Shown here: positions 1 to 9,999 of the stretch, one piece after another | Layout: each line of letters starts with the position of its first letter | Numbering within the stretch: the first letter of the stretch is position 1 | NCBI GenBank assembly: GCA_051013385.1 | Contig: CP143273.1 | Coordinates: forward strand, 704,001 to 768,000 | Direction: 5' to 3' | DNA from: Phormidium sp. | Lineage (GTDB): Bacteria > Cyanobacteriota > Cyanobacteriia > Cyanobacteriales > Aerosakkonemataceae | Length of the DNA: 64,000 bases | Made by a program: the position numbers and the translations under genes | The notes under the pieces: model-generated | Seen by the model: the letters and a program-made list of their open reading frames with translations, nothing else | Database searches by the model: none | Told to the model about the DNA's origin: nothing

Positions 1-1033
1 TTGTTGCACTCTGATATGCTGCATCGACGATTTTCATGTTGACTAAACCTTCTACTCCTCCGGGATTCGGTGTGCGGTTGGTTTGAATGCACTCAAAGAA
101 GTGTGCCATTTGGCGATCGTACATGGATTGCGGATAGTGGTCTTGGCGGGGGAACTTAAATCCAGATTTGATCTCCACAACTTCCTTTCTCCTCAGCTTG
201 GATCTCAGGCGTGTTGGTAATAACTTAACCAAATTGTTTTCTGGGTTCAGGTTTGGCAGCAACAACCGAGTGGGAAAAAGTTGACCAAAACCTCTTGTTC
301 CATAGAGTTGGGTGCTGGATTGCGGGCCATCGCTATATGGTTGTCGCCAGCCTGATTCGATGTATGAAGTTGTACCATTATCCCAATTAACGATGATGAT
401 TCCGGTATCGTCTACGTCGGAGTCTTGATAATGCGTACCCATGCGAGCATATACACTGACAGGTTGGGGATCGCCGAGCAAGAAGCGTGCTGTGTCGATC
501 GCATGAATGCCGATATCTGCGATCGCGCCGCCTCCAGAAAGAGCCTTCTGGGTAAACCAACCTCCGGGTCCCCAGTGAGTATGTATGCCATATCCTTTTG
601 TACGGATGATTCTGCCCAATTTACTGGTGCGCTTTTTCAGCCATTGTGTTTCTTCGTCGAAGCGCCAACAGTGTCCCACCATTAACACTGTGTTAGCTCT
701 TAAGCTAGCTTCCAATACCTGCTCGGCTTCGATCGCATTGAGCGCCATTGGCTTTTCCACCAACACTGGTACTTTGGCGTTGAGTGCGGCGATCGCTTGT
801 GGTGCGTGTAGGAAATTCGGCGTACCAATAATCAACGCATCGAATTTTGCCTCAGCTAGTGCTTCTTCTAGAGTGGTGTATTGATTGGCGATCGAAAACT
901 TTTGCGCGAATCTACCAGCTTGCTGGGCAAACTTTTCAATCACAGCCACTAGCTCACCCCCCTGAGCTTGGACGGCTCTGGCGTGAACTTCAGCAATGTG
1001 ACCCGCTCCAGCAATTGCAACTTTCAATGTCAT
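1..1033 (-). CDS. Gfo/Idh/MocA family oxidoreductase (3' end runs off the window)
   Basis: Manual translation from ATG 1033 (GAGGA RBS at 1041-1045): MTLKVAIAGAGHIA Rossmann motif, VLVEKPMA, GGGAIADIGIHAID. Frame stays open to base 1, so it is absent from the ORF track. Confidence 0.9.
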   Translation of the reverse strand, partial: MTLKVAIAGAGHIAEVHARAVQAQGGELVAVIEKFAQQAGRFAQKFSIANQYTTLEEALAEAKFDALIIGTPNFLHAPQAIAALNAKVPVLVEKPMALNAIEAEQVLEASLRANTVLMVGHCWRFDEETQWLKKRTSKLGRIIRTKGYGIHTHWGPGGWFTQKALSGGGAIADIGIHAIDTARFLLGDPQPVSVYARMGTHYQDSDVDDTGIIIVNWDNGTTSYIESGWRQPYSDGPQSSTQLYGTRGFGQLFPTRLLLPNLNPENNLVKLLPTRLRSKLRRKEVVEIKSGFKFPRQDHYPQSMYDRQMAHFFECIQTNRTPNPGGVEGLVNMKIVDAAYQSAT

Positions 1034-1503
1034 CTGTTTGTCCTCAAATCTAAATCACTATATTTAGAGCCACTTTTTCACCCAGATTCCGGCATCCCTT
1101 TTTATTTCCTGCTAGCTTCTGTGGCTCATCCATCGAAGCTTCAAGAGTGAAGATGCTAACCCTAAGTCAATTGAATCTGTAGATAACTATAATTTCATCT
1201 ATCGATTATTTAGCATAGGATAAGGAGTGATTCAAAGCGTTGCTCAGAGATCTTTACAGAAGCTTTAAATTGATAGCTAAATAATCGATATTCTTAAAGA
1301 TATTTTCTACTTCAAGACCGGAAAATACCTATTTTCTTTATAAAAAATTCAGGCTTTCAGGTTTCTAGTCTGGGTGGGAAATCTGAGCAGCTAAATAATC
1401 AATATTCTTAACAATATGTTCTATTTTTGGATGGGAGCCTGTTGCCAGACTAGACAGAATTCCCTGGAGTTGTTCTGGAAAATCATTTTCATTAATTGCG
1501 TTT

Positions 1504-1827
1504 TTACGCAGTTGCGTTTTTACGCAGTCGCTTTTTTAAGGCAGAAATTATAGTTGATGTTGCTAATTCTTCCGGCTGTTGCGATCGATGATGTTTTTGT
1601 AGTTTATGGGTTTTGAGAATCTTGATACCTTGAATATTTTTGTTGTGCTCTATTTGGTTGATTTTTTCGAGAATTTCAGCAACTAAACGCTTGTTAACAA
1701 GAGTTAGCAAAGATAAGCCTTGTTTAAAAAATGCTTCTACGTTACCCTGAAGTAGGTCTTTAATTCGAGTAGCTATCATCTTCAGAGCTAAAGGGTTTCC
1801 TTGATAATACTTGATTAATTGATTCCG
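1504..1827 (-). pseudogene. 3' fragment of an NB-ARC/STAND-type protein
   Basis: Starts at QLIKYYQGNPLALK, the GxPLAL motif of NB-ARC. No Walker A/B upstream; it abuts a divergent gene fragment. Confidence 0.6.
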
Positions 1828-2154
1828 CATATTTTAGATACTGATAAGTATGCTGCTGATTGTCAAATGTTATTTGGCGAGTTTATTCATCATTTCCCTT
1901 ACTATGGTTTGCGGGGGAAAGGCGATCGGCAAAATTGGCAGCAAGATTTTGCTCGAACCAAACTACTTTTCCAAAAACACTTTGCTACTGATCTTACAGA
2001 ATTCACTGATGAATTAAACAAGAATGTTGCCAGCGGAAAAGCTTGTACTTTGCAAGGTCGCACTACGGGAAAACCTTCTGCTTGCCGCTTAAAGCGAGGT
2101 AATTCTAAGCAACAGCGTCCTGATGTTAATTTGTCTTTTGATGAGATAGTTTAA
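1828..2154 (+). pseudogene. 3' fragment of a glycine-rich-domain-containing (GRDP-like) protein
   Basis: HILDTDKYAADCQMLFGEFIHHFPYYG is normally an internal motif preceded by WH; the 5' part is missing. Confidence 0.6.
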
Positions 2155-2162
2155 GCGAAATC

Positions 2163-2192
2163 TGTAGAGACGTTTCATGAAACGTCTCTACA
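2163..2192. repeat. REP-like GTAG palindrome TGTAGAGACGTTTCATGAAACGTCTCTACA
   Basis: Perfect 30-bp palindrome; copies at 5665-5692 and 46732-46761, variant at 46198-46225. Confidence 0.9.
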
Positions 2193-2223
2193 ATGTTTAT
2201 TGCTCAATTCTGCCTGTTTCTTA

Positions 2224-2309
2224 GCCCCCCTTAATAAGGGGGGTTGGGGGGATCTAAACCTAGTAATCACAGCCTGAGATCCCCCCTAACCCCCCTTACT
2301 CAAGGGGGG
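2224..2309. repeat. Cyanobacterial CCCCCCTT..AAGGGGGG dispersed inverted repeat
   Basis: Two C6TT-N-AAG6 hairpins plus a GGGGGGATCT/AGATCCCCCC inverted pair. Confidence 0.75.
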
Positions 2310-2419
2310 AACTCCGAAAGAATTAATCACTATCAACTTGAGTGATCATTAGAAGCAGCTTCTCCCACACAAGAAGCAAATGAACTCCGAAAGAATTAAT
2401 CACTATCAACTTGAGTGAT
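2309..2419. repeat. Exact 38-bp direct repeat x2 separated by 35 bp
   Basis: GAACTCCGAAAGAATTAATCACTATCAACTTGAGTGAT at 2309-2346 and 2382-2419; the second copy overlaps the stop codon of the NB-ARC gene. Confidence 0.9.
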
Positions 2420-4670
2420 TAATTGTTTGCCACAATTCCTGCATTTCTTCGACTTCTGGTTTCATACCCAAATTATCGAAACCTTTTAAAGCTAATTCTG
2501 TCCATTGACGAGCTTTTTGTAAGTTTCCGCACAGCTGTTCTAGTTTAGCTAAAGAACTGTGATAGCAAGCGGTACAACGTTGATCTTTGTAGCGTTGAGA
2601 TGTGGAAAGACCTTCTTCTAATAATTTTCGGGCTGCTGTTAAATCTCCTAGAGCAATTTCTACATCAGCTAACCAATGTTGGGTGTAAACGATCGATCGC
2701 AACCATCCAACTGATTCAGCTAAAGAAAGTGCTTGCTGATAAAGAGATTTAGCTTCTGGGTAATTCCCAGTTTTGTAACAAATTTCTGCTTGGTAATAAA
2801 ACAGGTGAATCGAAAAGTAACGATGTTTTTCTGCTGCTGATTCTGTTTGTTCTAAAAATCTTTTTTGCTGTTCTAACCATCTTTGTGCTTCGGCAAATCT
2901 CCGTTGCCGAATTCGCAATACAGCAATACTAATTCCTAAGTCAAAAGTTAGCGGAAAGTTTAAACTTAAATTTCCTTGACTTTGCTGACTCTTTCCGACT
3001 AATTCCCAGGCTTTGGTTAACAGTAAATCGGCTTCTTCTAACTGTTGGGGTTGACCCATGAAACTCAGAGTTTTACTGCGTTCTAACATAGCTTCAGCAA
3101 CGGCTAACCAATCGCATCTTTGTTCGGCTTCTTGAATTAGCCAATTACTCCAAGTTAAGCGATCGTCCCAATAACCACGCACATGAATATATCCTTTAAT
3201 ATGAGGCCAGAATTCCCGAAAATCTGAATATCTGTTATGGACAATGCACCATTCTAAAACAGCTTGCAAATTTGACCATTCTGCCTCTAAATTCCCATTT
3301 TCAATGTGCCATTCTTTCCAATCTCGACTGCATTCTTGAGCAAATTGTTGATACCAATCAATCCAACGTTCTCTAGCTTCTTTCTCAAATTCAGGATGGG
3401 CAGCAATTTGGGCGATCGCATATCTTCGAGTCAGGGGAATCATATCATAACGCCCTTCTTGTTGAGTAACTAAAGATAATTGTTGTAATCTTGCTAAACC
3501 ATCAGCTGTGGCAATAGGATCGGCATTAGATAAAGCGACAAAAGCGATCGCTTCTCTAGTAGCAGCTTGGGAAAACATGGCTAATGCCATTAATACGAAA
3601 TGGGCAGGTTCTCCAATTAAGGGAATCACAGAACTTTGGAAGCAAAAATGAGCCACATCGCCTGTAGCTAGGGTAATTTTTGCGATGACATCTTTCAAGA
3701 TATAACCAGCAGCTAATTGACCAATTGCATAAACAATAACCGCAGGAATACCGCTAGTTACTTGGTAAAGTTCTTTAGCTTCTTCTGAGGAAAGAATCAC
3801 TCCTTTTTCTAAGGTTTGATTTTCGATTAATTGCAAACTATCTGTTTCTGGTAAGGAGTTTAATCGAATGGGTACAAACAAAGCGCGATCGCGAGTAGTA
3901 ATGACGACTTTAACTGTAGCTGGTAAGTCATACAAAAATGCCAAGACATTATCTCGATCTTCAATGGTTTCTAAGTTATCAACTATTAGTAAAGTGCGCT
4001 GTCGAGACAAACATTCTCTAGTGCGTTCTAGTTGCTCTTTATCATCGGCATGGGTGATATCGCGTCGGTCTAAAGTATTTGCGATCGCCCGACAAATATC
4101 CCGCAATTGACTATCTCTTTTTAACCGTTGCAAAGGGCCAGCATAAGTTAAATAATTCTGTTTGGCAGAGGTGAAAATAATCGCCTCAAAAGTGGGAATC
4201 TTTGCGGCATTATCTTCTCTCTTAATAGCAGTTAAACATTGATAAGCTGCTTCTAAAACTAAAGTAGTTTTACCCACACCTCCAATCCCATCCACACTGA
4301 TTAAATGTGCTGAATGTTCGTAAGAAAGCAGTTCCATTAACCTTTTCAATTCTGCTTGCCGACCGACAAAGGTGTTGTACTCCTTCGCAGGTAGATTTTG
4401 GTAAATGGTCTTGGGCGACTGAGCCTTAGTGAGTAATTTATGAGTAACATTCGCTGGTTTGGGAGTCTGTGATTTTTCCTCTATCTCCGGCAAATCGGCA
4501 ATTTCCTGCCAGTCCATCCCTACTGCCTGACAAATGGCGATCAAGCTATCTCTTTTAATTAACATTCCCCGCCAAAATCGTTTTAAGCTGGCTGGTGCAA
4601 TCTGCCCTACTTCGCACCATTCCGCTTCAGCTTTCGCCCAACCGCGTTTGCGTCTGGCGCGATCGACCAT
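2406..4670 (-). CDS. HTH + NB-ARC (STAND ATPase) + TPR protein, extreme 5' end probably truncated
   Basis: FVGR motif, Walker A GIGGVGKT, Walker B LLIVDNLE, VITTR, TPR-like helical C-terminus, N-terminal ARRKRGW HTH-like segment. Confidence 0.85.
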   Translation of the reverse strand: MVDRARRKRGWAKAEAEWCEVGQIAPASLKRFWRGMLIKRDSLIAICQAVGMDWQEIADLPEIEEKSQTPKPANVTHKLLTKAQSPKTIYQNLPAKEYNTFVGRQAELKRLMELLSYEHSAHLISVDGIGGVGKTTLVLEAAYQCLTAIKREDNAAKIPTFEAIIFTSAKQNYLTYAGPLQRLKRDSQLRDICRAIANTLDRRDITHADDKEQLERTRECLSRQRTLLIVDNLETIEDRDNVLAFLYDLPATVKVVITTRDRALFVPIRLNSLPETDSLQLIENQTLEKGVILSSEEAKELYQVTSGIPAVIVYAIGQLAAGYILKDVIAKITLATGDVAHFCFQSSVIPLIGEPAHFVLMALAMFSQAATREAIAFVALSNADPIATADGLARLQQLSLVTQQEGRYDMIPLTRRYAIAQIAAHPEFEKEARERWIDWYQQFAQECSRDWKEWHIENGNLEAEWSNLQAVLEWCIVHNRYSDFREFWPHIKGYIHVRGYWDDRLTWSNWLIQEAEQRCDWLAVAEAMLERSKTLSFMGQPQQLEEADLLLTKAWELVGKSQQSQGNLSLNFPLTFDLGISIAVLRIRQRRFAEAQRWLEQQKRFLEQTESAAEKHRYFSIHLFYYQAEICYKTGNYPEAKSLYQQALSLAESVGWLRSIVYTQHWLADVEIALGDLTAARKLLEEGLSTSQRYKDQRCTACYHSSLAKLEQLCGNLQKARQWTELALKGFDNLGMKPEVEEMQELWQTINHSS

Positions 4671-4687
4671 TTCTAACCCTTCTTTAG

Positions 4688-5155
4688 AATTTTTATAATC
4701 ATAATATTAATGGAGTGCTTCCGCGCACAGGTAGAAATGCAGCAACGGGTGAATTAGCTTGGAACGATCGCTACTATTCTCCCTATACTTCTCTTGGGGA
4801 TTGGGATCTGCCACAAACATTAATTCCTAACGTTATTGCTTCGGGAACAAAAATTGGTGACATTACTATTTTAAATAGTTCTCAGCTAACTGCTGCGGGA
4901 TTTAGTACAGCTTTTCTTCCTGCTGTTGGTAGTCAAACTTTTGGGTTCAAGTTTGCCAAATCTTTACTTCCTCAAGCTGATTATCTTGCTACTTTAATTC
5001 TGGAATGTAACAATGATGCGATCGCCATTAAAGGCAGTACTAAAGTAATCAAAGCACCAGAGAAAGTTCCTGAACCATCTACTATTTTAACTTTAGGAAT
5101 CATGGCTTTAATTTTTGGCAGTAGCCGCTTAGGTAAGCAGTTCAAAATTAGCTAA
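4688..5155 (+). pseudogene. 3' fragment of a PEP-CTERM sorting-domain protein
   Basis: C-terminal VPEPSTIL + TM helix + basic tail. Frame opens after TAG 4685-4687 with no signal peptide or ATG. Confidence 0.7.
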
Positions 5156-5288
5156 TATTCAACTGCTTTTCATTTTCATGCCAATCAATCTCCTTTGGGT
5201 AAACCAAATGAGATAGCTGCTAATTTAGCTCTATTTTATTTGGTTTTTTCTTGAGATTTTTGGGTTATTTTATGAGTAAATTTACCCA

Positions 5289-5636
5289 ATGAATAAGTTA
5301 TTTATAAAATCCGCTCACGGAAATAATTCTACAGAACATGAACCAATTGTTTTTGATGTTAGTCGGTTGCGCGATGATGAACGTTTAGAATTTAAATATG
5401 ACCATAATAACCAACTTATTGCCGTACAAAAAATTAAACTTTCTCTTCTTAAAGAACCGATAGAAGGTTTAGCTGAAACTGATATTCCGGCTGGAGGTTC
5501 AGGACGAATTTTTTATCAAGGGAGTTCTTGGAAAGCGCGATCGGAAGCCGATGTTCCAATTATCACTGGTCAAATTGTTTTAGTAAAAGCACGATATGAA
5601 TTAACTTTGTTTGTCGTTCCAGCATATTCACTTTAA
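5289..5636 (+). CDS. NfeD-like C-terminal (OB-fold) protein
   Basis: IPAGGSGRIFYQGSSWKAR...GQIVLVKARYELTLFV motif. Confidence 0.75.
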   Translation: MNKLFIKSAHGNNSTEHEPIVFDVSRLRDDERLEFKYDHNNQLIAVQKIKLSLLKEPIEGLAETDIPAGGSGRIFYQGSSWKARSEADVPIITGQIVLVKARYELTLFVVPAYSL

Positions 5637-5731
5637 TTTGTGTTACCAAAAAACCTTCATTACTGTAGAGACGTTTCATGAAACGTCTCTACTTTTGTAG
5701 TCAACATTTAAACTTCCGAATCATTTTTTCT

Positions 5732-8320
5732 TCAATGCTTGGGAAACTTGTTAAAGTACCTCAACCATTTTGGTGTATTGCGGTTTTCCAAACGCGCTAA
5801 ACTTTCGCTCGCTAAACTAAAATTTGGTTGAATTTGAATGGCTTTTTTATAAGTGCGGATTGCGGCTTCATAATCTGCTAATTGTTCTAGCATTTTGCCT
5901 CTACCATACCAAGCTTCAGGATATCTATCTTTCATTTCTGTGGCTTTTTGATAGGCTTTGAGTGCTGCTTCATAATTAGATAAACTTTCTAATATTTGCG
6001 CTTTTCCATACCAAGCTTCATGACAACCAACTTTTTTCATGTGAATAGCATCTTCATAAGCTGTTAACGCTACTGAAAATTGTTGTAATTTAGCGTAAGC
6101 GTCACCAATTCCACATTTAGCTTCGTAGTATTCCGGCTGAATTCTTAAGGCTGTTTCGTAAGCTTTTATTGCCATTTCATAGCTTTCTAAAGCATACCAA
6201 GCCATCCCCTTTGCATACCAAGCATCGGCAAAATCCATCTGATTTTGTAAAGCCTTTTCATAGTTACTAATTGCTGCTTCATACTGATTCAATTTTATTA
6301 AAACATTACCGATTTCATAGTAAGAGTTATAGTATTTGGGGTTAATTTTGATTGCTTTTTCAAAAGATGCGATCGCTTCCTGGTATTTTCCCCACTTAGC
6401 TAACGCTTTTCCCTTTTGATGCCAAGCTCGATAAAATTCTGGCATTTTTTTTAATATTTGTTCGTAGGAGGCGATCGCTTCCTCAAACTTTTTCTTAAAA
6501 CTTAAAGTATTACCTATTCCTAACCAAGCATCTGATAACTTTTTCCAAGCTCTTAATGCTTCGGTTGCTGATTCATAACGATTTTGCCAATCAGGAGAGA
6601 TCATTTTATCTAAAACATCTGCCATTTCGGGAATAATTTCTGGAGTTTTTTCCTGCCAAGCATTGCGCCAATTAAACTCATTTTTATCATCATTTATCTG
6701 TTGCTGAATCAATCTCGGCGGTAATCCCGTTAACGCTTGAATCCCCATCATCCCAACAGCATAAATATCGCTGTTTAACTTATGATTTCCTTGTTTTTGT
6801 TCTGGTGCTACATAACCAGAACTACTCATTTCCCAGATAGATTGACCAGCATTACTTATACTATTAATCTGTTTAATAATACCAAAATCAATTAAAACCA
6901 ACTTCTCATCTGTTTCTCTTCTCAGTAAATGCTGACAGCTAATGTTGCCATGAATTATATTTTGTTTATGTAAAATCGCTAAAACTTCTAAAATTTCTCG
7001 CAATAATTCATAAACTCTTCCCATAGACAAAGCTTGACCAACTACTACTTCTTCCGCCAACCTATTACCCGGAATAAATTCTAAGATTAAATAAAACTCG
7101 TTATTTAGTTCAAAATGATTTAAAAGTGTTGAAAATTGCTCATTTTTTCCTAAATTATATAAGCTTTGCACTTGAGTTTTAAATATCTCTCTTGCTGTTT
7201 GTAAAGCTAACTTTTCGGTGTTTTTCGGCTGAAATCTTTTAACAACACAAAACGGTTTATTCTTTGTATCCTCATCTCTTGCTAAATAAGTTTTACCAAA
7301 CATTCCACTTCCCAAGCCTCGGATAATTTCATATCTACCCATTAACCTAGAGTTAGGAGGATTATTTTTCGGGGTTTGCTGTGGTTTTGCTGATGGTGGA
7401 TTGGGGGATTTTTTAATTAATTCAGGTGGGGTTGGTGGTAGTGGTAGGGTAGTTTTTTTCGTTAACTCTGACGGTTTTACTGGCGGTGGTAACTCTTCTG
7501 GCTTGGGAATTGGTACATTATTTAATGCTGTCAATGCTTCTGTTGCTGACTGGTAGCGCTCCCGAAAATAAGAACGCACCATTTTTTCTAAAACAGCTTC
7601 TAATGCTTGACTAATTTTTGCTTTATGCTTCCAAACAATTTCTGTTGTTTCAGGATCTTCTTCTAATTGATGAACAGGTAATCCAGTAAGTGCTTGAATT
7701 CCCATCATTCCCACAGCATAAATATCGCTGCATAATTTAGGACTTCCGCCAGCTTGTTCGTTCGGCATATAACCCGGAGTACCCACCGTCATAGTACTTT
7801 TTATACTCCGAGGTGATGCCCCTAAGTTGTCTTTAACTGCACCAAAGTCAATTAATACTAATTTGTTATCTGACTTGCGTCTAATCAAATTTTTGGGATT
7901 GACATCTCGATGAATAATTGCCTGTTGATGTACAAACTCTAAAATTTCTAATACTTCTTTTAACAACTTAATAACTTGAAATTCGCTCCAAGTCTCTCCC
8001 TCTTTAATTTCTTCTTTTAAAGATTGTCCAAGAATATATTCCTGAACTAAATAAAATTCTTCATCTATTTCAAAATGATTATATAATTGGGGAATTTGGA
8101 GATGTATTCCCAACTTTTTCAGTGCTTCTGCTTCCCGTTCAAATCGCATTCTTGCTTTCTCTAAAACTTCTGGTTCATTAGAGGGAAGCATAATTTTTTT
8201 CACAACACAAGGCGAGGTTTGGGGTTGCCATTGATCTTTAGCAAGAAAAGTTTCACCAAATCCTCCCCTGCCTAATTCCTTATATAAAAAGTAGCGCCCC
8301 TGAATGAGTTCCCCTATCAT
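5732..8320 (-). CDS. Dual-domain Ser/Thr protein kinase with C-terminal TPRs
   Basis: Kinase 1 has GRGGFG, HRDVNPKN, DFG; Pro-rich linker; kinase 2 has GSGMFG, HGNIS, DFG; followed by multiple TPRs. Confidence 0.9.
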   Translation of the reverse strand: MIGELIQGRYFLYKELGRGGFGETFLAKDQWQPQTSPCVVKKIMLPSNEPEVLEKARMRFEREAEALKKLGIHLQIPQLYNHFEIDEEFYLVQEYILGQSLKEEIKEGETWSEFQVIKLLKEVLEILEFVHQQAIIHRDVNPKNLIRRKSDNKLVLIDFGAVKDNLGASPRSIKSTMTVGTPGYMPNEQAGGSPKLCSDIYAVGMMGIQALTGLPVHQLEEDPETTEIVWKHKAKISQALEAVLEKMVRSYFRERYQSATEALTALNNVPIPKPEELPPPVKPSELTKKTTLPLPPTPPELIKKSPNPPSAKPQQTPKNNPPNSRLMGRYEIIRGLGSGMFGKTYLARDEDTKNKPFCVVKRFQPKNTEKLALQTAREIFKTQVQSLYNLGKNEQFSTLLNHFELNNEFYLILEFIPGNRLAEEVVVGQALSMGRVYELLREILEVLAILHKQNIIHGNISCQHLLRRETDEKLVLIDFGIIKQINSISNAGQSIWEMSSSGYVAPEQKQGNHKLNSDIYAVGMMGIQALTGLPPRLIQQQINDDKNEFNWRNAWQEKTPEIIPEMADVLDKMISPDWQNRYESATEALRAWKKLSDAWLGIGNTLSFKKKFEEAIASYEQILKKMPEFYRAWHQKGKALAKWGKYQEAIASFEKAIKINPKYYNSYYEIGNVLIKLNQYEAAISNYEKALQNQMDFADAWYAKGMAWYALESYEMAIKAYETALRIQPEYYEAKCGIGDAYAKLQQFSVALTAYEDAIHMKKVGCHEAWYGKAQILESLSNYEAALKAYQKATEMKDRYPEAWYGRGKMLEQLADYEAAIRTYKKAIQIQPNFSLASESLARLENRNTPKWLRYFNKFPKH

Positions 8321-8325
8321 TACAT

Positions 8326-9144
8326 CTATCCAGAAGTTGCTAAAATTTCAATATCTCTTAAAGCTTCTACTGCCGAAGGATAGCGTTGACGGCAATCATT
8401 ATGTACCATTTTATCCAAAACATTGGCTAATTCTGGTCTAATTTTGGCTTGACTTCGCCAGATTATTCTCCTAGTATCTGAGTCTTCTTGAAAATTGATT
8501 GGATGTACTCCTGTAAGCATTTGAATACCCATGATTCCCAGCGCATAAATATCGCTACAAAGTCTGGGTTTACCGTTAGCTTGTTCGTCAGGTATGTATC
8601 CGGGAGTACCTACAGCAATGGTTTGCTGAGTTTGTCCTTGAGCGTCAACTTGACACACATCTTTTACTGCACCAAAATCAATTAATACTAATTTGCGATC
8701 GCTGTAGCGACGAATTATATTTTTAGGGTTAATATCACGATGAACTATTTTATTTTGATGCACAAATACTAAAAGTTCTAGAATTTCTTGTAATATAGAA
8801 ATTACTTGCATCTCTGGCAAAAATTTACCTTCTTGAATAGTTTGATTTAGCTCTAATCCATCAATGAATTCCTGAACTAAGTAAAAATATTGGTTTTCTT
8901 CAAAATAAGCAAACAGAAAGGGAATTTGGGGATGTTCGCCCAAACGGTAAAGTACTTTCGCTTCCCGTTCAAATAATTGTTTAGCTTTGTCGCAATAACG
9001 GAATAATAATTTCTTGACCACACATTTAGGATAACCAGGAAGATGTTTATCTTCGGCTAAATATGTTTCACCAAATCCGCCTTTACCTAATAATTTAACG
9101 ATTTGGTAACGTCCACCGATAATGTCTTCAGTTTCAACCATCAC
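8326..9144 (-). CDS. Ser/Thr protein kinase (kinase domain only)
   Basis: GKGGFG, VVKK, HRDINPKN, DFG, GTPGY. Confidence 0.9.
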   Translation of the reverse strand: MMVETEDIIGGRYQIVKLLGKGGFGETYLAEDKHLPGYPKCVVKKLLFRYCDKAKQLFEREAKVLYRLGEHPQIPFLFAYFEENQYFYLVQEFIDGLELNQTIQEGKFLPEMQVISILQEILELLVFVHQNKIVHRDINPKNIIRRYSDRKLVLIDFGAVKDVCQVDAQGQTQQTIAVGTPGYIPDEQANGKPRLCSDIYALGIMGIQMLTGVHPINFQEDSDTRRIIWRSQAKIRPELANVLDKMVHNDCRQRYPSAVEALRDIEILATSG

Positions 9145-9778
9145 AAATCACAAAGCAAATTTATAAATATACGGCATTAATTTAGCTTTAGAAATTCAAT
9201 TGATTTTCCTCTTAATTTGTTAAAAATTGCTCTTTGACGAGCGGGGTGATTATTAATCATATTTTTGAGTCAGCTTGTGTATTTTACGTAACCAAATTTC
9301 CCAAGCTAAGTTAAATTTGTTTGGTTGGCGATCGCCTAAAATACATCGATATACCTACCTATAAAACAGTTTGGCACAGAATTTCTCACAATACCAGCCC
9401 CAAGGGAGACGCGGGGGTGCGGGGATATGAGGATGCTGGGACAAGAGGAAGAGGGTACTATGTTGGCAAAATTCTTTCAACGTAACTCCTTTTACCTGGG
9501 TTTGGTAGCTGTGGAGTTAAAAATTCTCTTAAGTTCAAGGAAAATTCAAAATAAATTTACAAAACATTTTTGGCTATTTCAGAGTATTTTAGATTTATAA
9601 GGAGTTAAACCAAGAATAATAAGTTTATAACTCCATCATAATCAATTTTTATCTTTTTTGCTTGTTATAGTTCTGATTTACTGCGATTTACGTCACAGGG
9701 TCACAAAATCAGACAAAAAATTTTTGTTGAGATATGTTGAGAATGTTAATTTTGCGCTACGATTCTAGTACTGACCTA

Positions 9779-9902
9779 GATGCGATCGCGCAGGACGCAG
9801 GCTACCTCAAAAGTATGCCGAAGCGCCTGTGGGCTGAATCAGCTTACTCATTGTAGTAGCCTGTGAAAAGGAACGACCTATCGCTCCGTTGTCGATCGCA
9901 TC
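9779..9902 (+). promoter_or_regulatory. Putative structured 5' leader of the rimO-crhR operon
   Basis: Nested stems GATGCGATCG(9779-9788)/CGATCGCATC(9893-9902) and CAGGCTAC(9798-9805)/GTAGCCTG(9856-9863); GC-rich stretch after an AT-rich promoter region. Confidence 0.5.
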
Positions 9903-9999
9903 CCAAGCATAAAGACCCAAGTTTGCCAAAACGAAAGTCGGAATGCTTATGCGACAAACGAACGAACGAACCTTCTCAATTCGCTAAATGCCTCACACA

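Noticed and set aside
425..1150. Short plus-strand ORFs in the track
   Set aside because: Mostly antisense to the real oxidoreductase at 1-1033
3925..3934. AAGTCATACA matching the Tn7-flank motif
   Set aside because: Isolated copy inside coding sequence (LYDL), compatible with chance
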